From assembly GCA_015680685.1 (NCBI GenBank), contig MNCI01000952.1:742050-806049 (forward strand): a DNA stretch of 64,000 bases. Reading direction: 5' to 3'. Under the pieces are notes generated by a model that saw nothing but the letters and a program-made list of their open reading frames with translations, was not told where the DNA came from and ran no database searches. Source of the stretch: Gnetum montanum (lineage: Eukaryota > Plantae > Gnetophyta). Position numbers and translations under genes: made by a program. Each line of letters starts with the position of its first letter. Within the stretch, counting starts at the first letter, position 1. Below, piece by piece: positions 36,901 through 49,574 of this stretch.

Positions 36901-39900
36901 GAACACAAACTAATCTCGTCACGGACTATGTGTTGAAGGTGATTATAAAGAAATCTGAAAGTTTTTCTTGAAATTTTTCCCGTACATCTGAGAACGGAAA
37001 ACACGTAACTAAAAAGTTGTCCCCTGTTTCAGTTATTGGGCCTGGATATTTGTGCTGATACGATTGTGGGAGACCAAATGAAGCGTGGCATATCTGGAGG
37101 CCAGAAGAAGAGAGTTACTACTGGTGAGTGTTGTGACCAGAAGTTTCATTCTACTTATTAGGTTAATGATATTGGTTTATCCGTGTATGAGATGATTGGC
37201 AGTGTAAACTGAAGCTAAAAATTTTTATTAATCGTGTTGAGTTGATGTTTTTGCAGGAGAATTGTTGGTAGCTCGTCCAAGAGCTCTTTTTATGGATGAG
37301 ATTTCAACTGGCCTGGATAGTGCTACCACATTTCAAATAATAAAGTGTCTTGGACAACTTGCGCATATCTTTGAGTCCACTATGTTGATTGCTCTGTTAC
37401 AACCTGCCCCTGAAACGTATGATTTATTCGATGATATCATCTTATTGTCCGATGGAATGGTGGTGTATCAAGGACCTCGGGAAGAAGTGCTAAACTTTTT
37501 CGAGAGCATGGGATTCAAGTGCCCAGCAAGGAAGGGGGTAGCTGATTTCTTGCAGGAAGTATGGATTATAATCCATTAATTCATTCTCCACCTGAATTTA
37601 TTCTTATAGTAGCAGAAAATCGTAAACTCATTTCATAATATGCTATCCAACCATGCATTTATGCAATTGCCTTAACTGCTTTATCATAGTAACAAGATCC
37701 CGGCAAGATTTTACTTGTTTTATGGTTATTTGTTCTACTTTATCTGAGCACTAACAAAGTGAGAAATCTTAGTGAATTTCACTGATCAGTCGGTGGTTGC
37801 AATGTCCAGGTGACCTCAAGAAAGGACCAAGAACAATATTGGGTAGACAGATCTCAACCATACCGGTATGTTTCTTGTAAAGAATTTTCTGAAGCCTTTT
37901 TATGCTATCCTGTTGGCAAGGGACTGTACGAGGAACTCTCACACCCGTATGATAAAACAAAGTCCCATCCCGCGGCTCTTACAACCTCGACGTACGGTGT
38001 CAGTAAAAGGAACATTTTCGACGCGTGTTTTGCCAGAGAGTGGTTGCTTATGAAGAGAAATTCATTTGTCTATGTCTTCAAAACAGGCCAGGTTAGATGG
38101 TGCTATGTTGTTGACTTTAAAATTTATTGAATTCTATCATTTTGTTTATATACCTGGCATTTATATCTTGAATGTAAAATGGAAACAGGTGTTTGTAGTG
38201 GCCCTTGTTTCCATGACAATGTTTTTCCGAACAAGAATGCACCACCGAAATATGAATGATGGAAACATATACATGGGAGCGCTCTTTTATGGACTGGTGC
38301 ATATTATGTTCAATGGTCTGCCAGAATTATCTATGACTGTCCAACGTCTTTCTGTTTTTTATAAGCAAAGAGACTACTTGTTTTATCCAGCATGGGCCTA
38401 TGTTATACCTAACACGATAGTGAAGATTCCTTTTTCTCTAGTGGAAGCTGCAATCTGGGTTGGTGTTACATACTATGTCACAGGATTTGCACCAAATGTT
38501 GGCAGGTAATTCTCAACCCTTAAACAAGAAGCTGTCGGTCTTCAGAGATCTTTCTTTTAACTTGTTGAGAATGAATATGTTACCAAACCACAGGGAGAGA
38601 GATATATATATAACATGCTTCTGTCATTTATGGTCGACAGGGTAGAGCATTCAATTTCAGTTTATCTGTGGCTATACCAAATGGTAATGCCAAATGTAGA
38701 GAACATTTAAGTAACAATTTGATGAAATACTATGCCCCTTGACTTGAAGAATGTCGGTTTTTACAACTAATCTGGAAAAAAATAAATAGTCCAAGAATAA
38801 CATATCCAAAGCAGGACATGCAGGTATTAATAATGATTGATGTGACCCACACTACCGAGGGTTCGAATTGAGATTAAATGTCATGCATCTTTAAGAGTTT
38901 TTAACAATTAAGGTTTGTTCAACACTTGATTAAGAGCTAAAAACTCTACAGTTGAGCATGTTTGACGTGTAACAGAGATAAATTTGGGGAAGCCATTTTG
39001 ATGCAGTTCACCAAGTATAATGTACTTATTTCATTTCATTAGCTGTACTGCCTATACATGGGCAGTGTTTTCGCATTTGGTTTGGATACATAGATCAGCT
39101 ATGTCAAGCTGTGCTATCAGATTTTTCACAAAATATACGGGTTAGATTGAAAAAACGAAATATGATGATGCTTTAGGAAACTATTCGACACTACGATGTT
39201 GCAGAGGGGTCTCCAAATCTTTCTGTGCACTAAAGCAATGACAAGATATCAATGCATCGTTATCATATAGCGGTTGTGTGAGTTATGTGGTGTAGACGTT
39301 GTACCATCTCTATGTATATAGCTCTCAATTTGTGTATCTTCGAGATTATCTTCAATATTGGTCCTTCTTGTGGGAGATGATTACGGATTGGTAAATTAAA
39401 AGAATACATCGCAGTCTGCGACTACAAAAATAGTAGTTTCGAAACAACTAATGTAAATTTATTGAGCCATAGAGAATAGTCGCATTAGAAGTACCCACCG
39501 GTGATTTTTAGAATATCTATAACCAATCTTTATGAAAAGATGAATACTATCGTCGTACAAATGGCACGCATTGTGGTAATGTATCGTATGTTCAGATTTT
39601 CAGATTCTGAAATAAAATGTTTTTGTTTTTCAGTGTCCATTATGGTAGTCTTCTCAGTGATCAATACAATTTTTGATATTACAGGTTTTTCCGGCAATTC
39701 TTGCTTCTGTTTGTGCTTCATCAAATGTCATTGTCATTATTCAAGTTTATAGCTGCAGTAGGTCGAACAATGATTATTTCTCAAACATTTGGGTCAGCAG
39801 CTCTACTAGTTGTATTCGTTCTTGGAGGATTTATTATCGCAAGAGGTACGGAAAATCTGTGGACTTTAAAAATTATAGGAAGTTTTCTTGAAAGGAAAAC

Positions 39901-42900
39901 AAATGTTCTGTAAGTTCTTACTGTGTTCCACGTTGACACTGATCGTTGAATAGGTGATATTCCTTCTTGGTGGATATGGGGTTACTGGGCCTCACCCCTG
40001 TCCTATGGTCAAAATGCTATAGCAGTAAATGAATTTCTGGATCATAGATGGGACAGAGTAAGTATTGCAGTGCACTGCATAGTCAGTTGACATAGATTTT
40101 AGCGGGAAAATCATTACCATGTGCCAACGTATGCCTAAATTCAATGGTTGCAGCCTGTAAGCAGCACTAACCTGGAAAAGCTTGGGCATGCCGTACTAGA
40201 AACTCGTGGACTGATTGCAGAAGGAAAAATGTACTGGATAGGAATTGCTGCATTGATCGGTTTTGCTGTGGTTTTCAACATTTTATGTATTGTTGCAATG
40301 GAACTCCTTAGCCGTAAGTCTCTTATTCCAATACTACATCATATTTCAATTCCATTTTATCATACTGTTTTTTAAAAATTTATTTTGAAAGGTAAAAAAA
40401 GAAAACTAAAATAATGTTTTCGAAATACAGCCATGGGTAAACAGGCAGTTATCACTGAAGAGCAACTTGACGAGCAAGAAAGGGATTCCGCCGGAAGCAG
40501 CAAGAGCAGAAGAAGTAGTTTGAGGGACCGAGCTGGCTCCGTTGAATTGCCGTCCCGAACGTCTAATGGTAGGTTGCATTTCCTTTTTTGGGGTTGATTG
40601 GACAGGTTACCTTCATGCAGTAGTTAATTATCCCTAAATTCAACCACGGGCATTTGTTTGATGCTTGTTTTCAGCGAGGAGGAGCAGCACAAACAGGAGC
40701 TCCAGAGGCGGTTCAGCGCATATCCCCGACGATGGCAGAAGGGGAATGATTCTGCCCTTCCAGCCTTTGTCCATGGCTTTCGATAATGTCAATTACTACG
40801 TTGACATGCCACCAGTAAGTGAAGCTTTCCAGTCAACCACATACCTTGAAATTATCTTGTCCAAGGTTATGCTGTGCGGCTCAACCATTTTTGTTTTACA
40901 ATATAATCCAGGAGATGAAAGCTGAAGGAGTTGAAGAAGACAGGTTACGGCTGCTTTCTGACGTGAGTGGATCATTTAGACCTGGAGTCCTTACAGCCCT
41001 GATGGGAGTCAGTGGTGCAGGTAAAACCACTCTGATGGATGTTTTGGCCGGAAGGAAAACAGGGGGTTACATTGAAGGATCCATAAGCATTTCTGGTTTT
41101 CCTAAAAGACAAGATACTTTCGCTCGAGTGTCCGGATACTGTGAACAGAATGATATCCACTCACCAAACGTTACCGTTTATGAATCTTTGGTGTTTTCTG
41201 CATGGCTCCGGCTCTCCCCTGACGTGGACACTGACACTCGCCTGGTGAGTGATGAAATTCAGTATCCTATTTATTTGGGCCATATCTACGATTTACTGGG
41301 AAATACTCCTTGGTCAATATGCATTACATCGTGCGGTCATGCCCACTTTAATATTATCTCCCGTTTTACTTAACTTGTTCTTTCAATGTGATAAATTTGG
41401 ATAGAAAAGTGTGACTGTACTAAAAATTTGAATGATACACAGATGTTTGTAGAAGAAGTGATGGAGCTTGTGGAGCTAACTTCCTTAAGAGATGCCCTTG
41501 TGGGTCTACCAGGAGTTAATGGCCTTTCCACAGAGCAGAGAAAGAGATTGACAATAGCAGTGGAGCTGGTTGCCAATCCTTCAATAATTTTCATGGATGA
41601 GCCAACATCTGGACTGGATGCTCGAGCCGCAGCCATAGTTATGAGGACTGTTCGTAACACAGTGAATACCGGTAGAACCGTCGTTTGTACGATTCATCAG
41701 CCCAGCATTGACATCTTTGAGTCGTTTGATGAGGTAACCTAATTGATATGTTTTTATAAACATAAAAAGTAATACAGGATTCTAATCTACTTGATGTCTT
41801 ACTCTACCAGAACTAACTGTGTATGACTGCTTGACATAATGAATTAACTTTGTTGTTACATGGCTGTTCCGTAGCTCCTCCTTTTGAAAAGGGGAGGTCG
41901 AGTTATTTACGCTGGAGCTTTAGGACATCATTCTCAGACGCTCATTGACTACTTCCAGGTACTTTTTTTCTCCTTTTTCTTTTCCTTTTGCCTTTTGTTT
42001 TCCTTTATTTCATAGCACCAGCGTGCATAAATGATCAACGATTAATCAGAGATATTCTTTTGTTTTTGACTAGCCTATCCGGGGAGTTCCACCGATCACT
42101 GATGGCTACAATCCTGCAACATGGGCACTAGAGGTGACTTCAACATTTGTTGAAGCCGAATTAGGAGTAGATTTTGCTGATATTTATGCCGAATCATCAC
42201 TCCATGAGTAAGTGTAATGTTTTTTAAGCTAAATCTTAATTCCTAATATGTTGAACCAGAGTCCACCGTAGTTCCTGATTTTGATGACTTGTCTGAATAA
42301 TATGACACAGGCGAAATCAAACCCTGATAAAAGAGCTAAGCACACCAGCCCCAGGAGCCCAGGATTTACATTTTGAAACCAAGTATGCACAATCTTTCTG
42401 GGTTCAGTGCATGGCCTGCCTTCAAAAACAAAATTGGTCATACTGGAAAAATCCTCCCTATGTAGTGGTGCGTTTCTTCTACACCATGGGGGTTGCTTTA
42501 CTCTTCGGTTCTATATTCTGGAATCGGGGCACCAAGCGGTAAGATACATCAATGTATCCATGGCTAGAAAAGTAAAATATAAACCCTGAACCTGCACAAA
42601 CCCTACTAATACGTAAACATTTAATTTGTTTTTTCTCAAAACAGGCATAAACAGCAAGATCTAATGAATCTAATGGGATCCATGTACTGTGCCGTCCTGT
42701 TCCTTGGAATTAGTAACTCATCGAGTGCCCAACCAGTTGTGGCGGTCGAGCGTACTGTCTTTTACAGAGAAAGAGCTGCTGGAATGTATTCCCCAGCAGC
42801 ATATGCATTTGGTCAGGTAGTGTTTGCTTACTTGCCAGATCATGAGAGTCTGCCTGATTTGCTGCTCTTTTTTTTCTCTTCCATCATATACAGTGTTTAG

Positions 42901-43571
42901 CTTTCGATTAAAAATTCAAATATTTTGATTGCTGCACTGCAGATGATCGTAGAAATACCATACGTTTTTGCACAAAACGTAGTGTATGTGGCCATTGTGT
43001 ACGCAATGATTCAATTTGAGTGGACAGCCGCCAAATTCTTTTGGTTCTTCTACTACTACTACATGACTTTCCTCTACTACACCTACTTCGGAATGGCTTC
43101 GGTGGCCTGTACTCCAAACTATTCCGTTGCTGCAATTATTTCGTCAGCCTTTTACTCCACATGGAATCTGTTTTGCGGTTTCCTCATTGCAAGACCGGTA
43201 AGCTTACCTCATAATTGCCATCACAATTGTTTTGCAGACACGAACATGCCATCACTTTCACATTGTTTGTAACTGCTGGTACCGTATATTTTTCTACACT
43301 GCAGAGCATGCCAGTGTGGTGGAGATGGAACTACTGGGCAACACCAGTTTCGTGGACTTTGTATGGGCTGGTGGCATCACAGTTAGGCGACATTACGACA
43401 GAAATGGAGACATCTGGAGGCAAAGTCACGGTGAAAGCATACCTACACTCGTATTTGGGAATGAAGCATGATTTTCTGGGATATGTAGCCCTTGTTATGG
43501 CACTGTTACCTCTGTTTTTCGCCCTGCTCTTTGCACTTGCGGTGAAGTACCTTAACTTCCAGACGAGGTAA
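26136..43571 (+). CDS. PDR: Full-size ABCG / pleiotropic drug resistance (PDR) ABC transporter, 24 exons, 1457 aa
   Basis: Exons, all with GT-AG boundaries and consistent phase: 26136-26464, 26658-26778, 36085-36173, 36266-36350, 36429-36588, 36690-36766, 36885-36938, 37033-37123, 37257-37558, 37810-38091, 38189-38505, 39685-39845, 39954-40057, 40154-40313, 40431-40568, 40675-40814, 40912-41244, 41443-41733, 41875-41958, 42074-42207, 42311-42538, 42645-42816, 42943-43197, 43305-43571; sum 4374 nt. PDR motifs: [41 protein letters not shown] (Walker A1), [28 protein letters not shown] (Walker A2), [57 protein letters not shown]-terminal LNFQTR. The specific ortholog cannot be assigned from sequence alone. 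Confidence 0.96.
27954..34276 (-). mobile_element. LTR retroelement (probably Ty3/gypsy, iMet-primed) inside PDR intron 2, antisense to the gene
   Basis: LTRs 27954-28531 and 33681-34276 (TGTAACA..CTCTCACA). Perfect TSD TAGAT. PBS rev-comp TGGTATCGGAGC (~33667-33678). PPT rev-comp TGGGGGAGGAT (28532-28542). Faint - strand remnants VIDDRVYS (RT-like, ~31655-31680), then HDGH (~30955) and GHSPF (~30345), suggest RT-before-IN (gypsy) order. Confidence 0.88.
30520..30698. repeat. Four ~45-bp tandem units inside the intronic retroelement
   Basis: Units start at 30520, 30564, 30609 and 30654; consensus ~ACACCATAGTCCACAAAGCACCAATAAGTCCCAAGCCATGAGAGC. Confidence 0.75.
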
Positions 43572-44721
43572 AACTCGAGCTGGATCTGACGAAATTTTCA
43601 GCTCCGATGTTTTTCGCATCAGATTGACGAAAATTTCGAGTAGACTCCAGCAGATTGTTCTGTTTTGTAGTGCACTTATGACCAAAGCCTTTGTCAATAT
43701 TTTGGGCTCCTTTGGCTTTATTTAGAAATCTCAGGTGTTTCGTGGATGGATGATGTCTTGAAAGGCATTTTACGAGGACTTAATTTTTTTATTTCCCAGA
43801 AATAAAAAGATGTTTAATTGTCGGTTAACAAATTTCCTTAACGTTGAAGTTGGCATTTGCTAAAGCACGTCATGTGCATATTTAGTTGCCCACATGTCAA
43901 CTCCTCGTAAATGTAATTTTGATTCTTCAAAGTCTTGTACGCTTGCAGAAAAGAGATGTTTAATTTTGGCATTTGATGATGCTTAAGTCTCATGGAGAAG
44001 CCGTTTCTGTATCTTACCATGTTACATTGAAAACGTACAAGTTGAGCTATGGTTACCTTGTTACATTGAAAGTATACATGCAGCTTACATTCACATAATA
44101 GCTTTATGCATCGATTGTTATAGTTCCGAGTAGTGATTGTTTTCAAAACATTGTACTTGAAAATTTCCTCTTTGAAGTTTTTTTCATGGAATTAGACCAT
44201 TGATGAAATTAAATAAGGTGCAGATGCCCAAAAAAACTGTTGTAACCACCATAACTCAATTTAAGGTTATTGATTCTTTCCTTATCTATAAATAGTGATC
44301 ATCACATCTTAGGATAAAATGATAGTTATAGTGCAATTTTTTCTCATGTGTGACAACAACATAAAGCACTTTTAAGTGAAGTGACATGTTTCATTGTGCA
44401 CACGTGGACACAGATGTTAATAACTCCTCATAAATGCAATGCAATGTTGATTATTCAAGCTCTTATATACCTGGAGTTTAGTGTACTTGGTAGTCGTTGT
44501 TCCATGTTTATTTGAGGTGGGACTTAGAAACATATAATTAAATAATATAAAAAACATTTTCTAGGGGACTTGGAAACATATGTTGAAATAATATAAAAAA
44601 AAATATTTTCAATTTCAACAAGGTTGTAGAATAGTGGTATGGATCAAAAATAACAATGGAGAGATTGAAGGTTCATGTTTGTTTTCATTATTATGAAAAA
44701 ACACACTGAATTTTTTTTAAG

Positions 44722-45139
44722 CACTCATAACATGGGTAATGTGTATGATGGATGGTGGATGATTTAGATGATGCACCAACCACTCATAACATGGAAAATG
44801 TGGATGATGTATGATAGATGATCTGGATGATGCACCATGCCATATTTATATTGTGGATGATGGATGATCTAGATTATGCACCATGCTATATTTATGAATA
44901 TAAATATACTGATATTTTATTATGTTTGTGTTAAATAGATGAACCTAATATTTATGTAACTTAGCTCATTCAAAGACTCATAACATGGATAATGTGGATG
45001 ATGGATGATAGATGATCTAGATGATGCATCATGTCATATTTATGAATATAAACATACCAATATTTTATTATATTTGTGTAGATTCAAAGAATTTATTAAA
45101 AAAATAACCTAATATTCATGTAACTTAGCTCATTCAAAG
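44722..45139. repeat. Compound tandem repeat (ACTCATAACATGG..GGATGAT..GATGATGCACCA units plus a larger duplicated block)
   Basis: ACTCATAACATGG recurs at ~44722, 44782 and 44976. AACCTAATATT(T/C)ATGTAACTTAGCTCATTCAAAGA occurs twice. Confidence 0.75.
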
Positions 45140-47250
45140 ATTGACTAGAGATTTGTCATTTTCTTCTAAAGAATTTTGTTTTGCAATATTCTAAAAATAC
45201 ATCTCACTTATCTTCTACCACTTGTAGTAAACATAATCAACATATTTGATTTTCATGTTGCTCATTGTTCCATCTTCAATTTTCAACTCAAAGATGGTCT
45301 AATCCCATTCTTACTTTACTAATTAGTGCTCTCATGGATATTAGACTTGTTACATCATATCTGCCACATAGTTTGCTAGTAAAATGGAAGTTTTTTTTTT
45401 CAGTATTTATATTATATTTTGCCATCTCTTTAAAACTTTCTTTCTAATAAGTTTTTAAGTTTGTTTTAAATTTAGCATTCTATCAATATTATCAATACCC
45501 CATGTTTGTAACCATAATCATCATTCATGGAACCACCCCTTATATTGAGATTTTTGAATGATCTCTCATAAGATCTTATTGTTATTTTCATTACTCAAGT
45601 AGAATGTTAAGAACTCATAGATTGCTTCAACATTTAATGACAAAAAATTAACTTATAATAAAAGTGTTACATATGGGACTTGAGCTTTTACCTTAAATTC
45701 ATCCAACAAAAACTATTTTTGAAATTTTTCAATTTCTTCTATGATTCTTAAGCAAGACCTAGGTTGCACACCACATATATGTAAAGCACTGTGGTCTGTA
45801 CAATTATTTGAAAATAAAGTTTTTGAAATATCCAAGTACACATTTTATGATTACTATATTTGTTCTTCATTGTATAGAAAACCTTCTAGTAATTTGCAAC
45901 TTTTTGTGATATACAGTGCTTCCACCTATAATTTTAAGAGTATTGTACTCCCAAATATTTGTATGTACCCATTCATGAAGCGTCAAAGTGTCATGTCGAC
46001 GGGCCCCTGTCGATATGGCCACAACAACATAGCATTTGTTGTGTTTATGGGTCCTCGTGGATGTAGTATTTTTTCTTTGCCTATAAATACACATGCTCTT
46101 GCTGTGTATTGACATTCTTTAGTCAATAGAGTAGTCAAAATATTGCATTTTTATTTTGTAGTCTTAAAGAACAGTTAGTGAGTGCCCATAGTGTAGATCT
46201 GAGTCAATTGTATGACATCTTATTTGAGTGGCATTATAACTAGACATAATCCATGAATAGTAATAAGATCAAGATTGATTCATGATGAATCATGATTCAT
46301 TAGGCTCCAATATCGGATCCACGATATTGGGTACGCGATATCGCGGCCTGGCTAGCGATATCGGATACAAGATATTGTGACTCCTGTGCGAGCCTATAAA
46401 TACACATGTAGGCACAAGGAGTCAGGGGGTAGTAGTTCAATAGAAGTTAGTTTTATTTTTTAGTTCTTCTCAACCCTTTCTCCCAGTGCATGCCTGCAGT
46501 GTGATGATTGTAATTGTACGACACCTTTATTTGAGTGTGACGTACTTGGACACGCACATGATCGAAAATAAAGATCGAGATTACTTCATCATTGCAGCAT
46601 TCACTTAGTTTAATTATTTAATTGTTATTCATTACTTTCTTAGTTAATACCTCTTTACCTTCCTCTCCTATCCCTATTAGTAAATGCGGAATGAGTATGA
46701 CTTAATCACGAGCAATTAAGTGTGACTACTTGGTATCCCAGTAGCGTACCTAGGACATGCGCTTGGTAATCCGAGTGGTAGTACATGAGGTCCAAGATGT
46801 GTACGGATGATTAAGGGATGGATGCTCATTGCACTTAGGCTAGCTTAGACTCTCTTCACCCTTTCCCTCTTAGCTTAATTAAAGTTATTTTCCATTGCCT
46901 CTAGGATTAGCACTAGTTTAGGACCACATCATACACCTCACTCTGGAATAAACCATATGTGACAAAGAAAATACTAGTCTAGGTGGGAAGATAGCAAACT
47001 GCGATCAATGAGTAACTATCTAGATACCACAACTAGTCTATCTTTGCAGTTCGACTGGATCGTCAGTGAACGCTCATATTTTTATGGTTGAGTGTAGTGG
47101 TACCTTGCTACTCATCATTGGTGCTGTTGTCAGGGATGGTGCTAGTTATCTAGATTAGTTATATCATACAAGATTGCTGTAACTAAGTATTCACTATATA
47201 TCTTTTAGAAAAGAAATTAATTTCAATTAAGTCACACACCACTCACAACA

Positions 47251-49574
47251 ATGTCTCTCTCACAAGACTATGCTAACGCCACAACTAGTGAGGTAATTCA
47301 TTGGAGAACCAATGAATTATACGATGAAGACAAAGTTTGGAGTACTCAAATCTATGCAGGAATTCCATATGTTCATGAGTATCCCAATGATACTCAAGGA
47401 TTCTTGTCAACCAACTTTGACACCTCTAGTAAGGAGGGGATAACCCATAGAACAAGGAGGCCCGAAAAGCCTAGGACCTTCTCAATAACTAATAAGAATC
47501 TATTAGGGGATGATTGGAAAACTTACAAAAGTCAGGACAAGTTTTTCAGTTTTTCTCTTTCTCTACTCCTTCAACGTCAGATTGTGACACAGATGACTAT
47601 CTTTCAAGGGATCGGCATAGAACTAAAAATCAAGCTCACAAAGAAAATTGAGAATGCCAACATGAATAAGGACAACATTGTCTCAAATCGCAAACTCACA
47701 ATCTACTTAGTGACGATGAATCCCTGCTAGCCACTAAGAGCCTAATGCCTATATAGGAGGCCGTTCAAATATCCTGCAAGCATTGCAAAGAAAGTCGTCT
47801 ACTTAGGATTAATTTAAACAACTTTCCCAAGTTTGCAGGAGGCTATGATTCAGATCCGTGATAGCATATACAAGCCTTCTATGATGCCTGTGTCTGGAAT
47901 AATATCAATAATGGGTGGCAAAAACTTATGCTCTTTCCTATGATACTTTTTGGCCAAGAAAAAGTGTGGTACAGATCGTTAAAACCAAAATCAATTTGTA
48001 GTTGGCCAACAATGGTAAAACTCTTTACTAAACGATATCAAACCTATGCCAGAGTGTCAGCCTTGAGGAGACAAATCCAAGAATGGAAAAAAGGGCAACA
48101 TAAACCCTTGGACATGGCCTTAGAAAGATATTATGCACTATTAAACAACTACCCAGGCCATGGGTTCTTCGAGGAAAGGCCAATGTATCACATCATGGAT
48201 GGGCTCCGTAATGAAACAAGGGAAACCCTAGGGATGTATGCCCGAGGTCAACTATGCAAGCTACAAACCCATCAACTCCAAGAGCTTATTAAGCGGGTAG
48301 CAAAAGGAGAAGGAGAAATGGCTAAATGGGAGAATGTTGAAAACTCTCAACAGGACCAAAATCTTGAATTAACAAAGGTCCATAACCATAAAGAGGGGAA
48401 ATTAGCTCACCTTGAGAAAGTGCAACTGTTTCTACCTTTGCCAATGTAAAAATCACTAGATGAAATCGAGGTAAAGATTAATAAGATGATAGAGTGGGTG
48501 CATGGAAAATATGGAGAATATGCTAACAATAGTAGAGGTACAACTATGCCAAATCAAGAAACAAGATAGGACACCACACAACAATCAGAACAAAGGGTAG
48601 AAGATAATAAGAATAAGAACTCAACTACCAACTTCACATATCAATGCAACGTCTGTCTATACAATCACCCCAAAGGCCAATGCCTAGTTTTGTCACATTT
48701 ACATGAGCATTGGGAAGGAATGTTACATCCAAATTTTGTATAGAAATATCAAGTTCAACCATAATGGTAAAAGCCCCAGTCATGGGGGAGGCCATTGCCA
48801 ACCCAACCATATCCTTTGTATGTCCCAACACCAAATTCTTACTATGTTCAACACCCTGTTTCTCCAACTAGATCATCATCCTCTACTTCACCTCATCGTT
48901 ATCATTCTTCAGAATACTATCCACTCATACCCTCGCCGACAAGGTCACCACCTGATGTACCTTACACTTTTCCTCAACAACAATATTCTCATCCTTCCCC
49001 TCCTTCTACATCACCACCAATTGTACTAGAAGGTTTTGCACCACAACACCAACCTATGAATGCTACTTGTGCTACTACTATCAACAACAGTGGAAGTACT
49101 CAAAAGCGCCCTTTCTTTAGGCATGGCCGTAGAAAGAAGCAGCACGATGCTGAACCCATTGCATCTCCCAAACCAGCACAAGTTCAACACTGTAATGCAT
49201 CCTTCTCCTCAAACTCAACGTCTCCGGTTATCTTATCAGGGCCAGCGATCAAAACTCCAACAACTATGCGACCCATTGAATATAGCCATGTAGGGAGACA
49301 TATCGATCCTTGCATACCATCTTACGATCAAGGGTGCCATAGTTGATCAACTCCGTATTAATTGAACTCATCTTCTAACTTGCCTCACTATGTCAACTAT
49401 AATACAATGTGTGCATCCCAATTTGGGTACATTCCAACCATGACATCAAAAGACACCCAGTGGTTCAAATATGATCGATCCCCAACATTTCCAGCATGCA
49501 TGGATCCACACTTTTTATTTATTAATTCTTGCCATGATCAAAGGTTCAGTTATGGGGAACATCCCTCATTATAA
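47251..49574 (+). pseudogene. gag (Retrotrans_gag-like) with Pro/Ser-rich extension
   Basis: FPKFAGGYDSDP..QAFYDAC, LFPMILFGQEKVWYRSLKPKSICSWPTMVKLFTKRY, YPGHGF; Cys/His cluster ~48640-48730; interrupted by stops and frameshifts. Confidence 0.8.
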
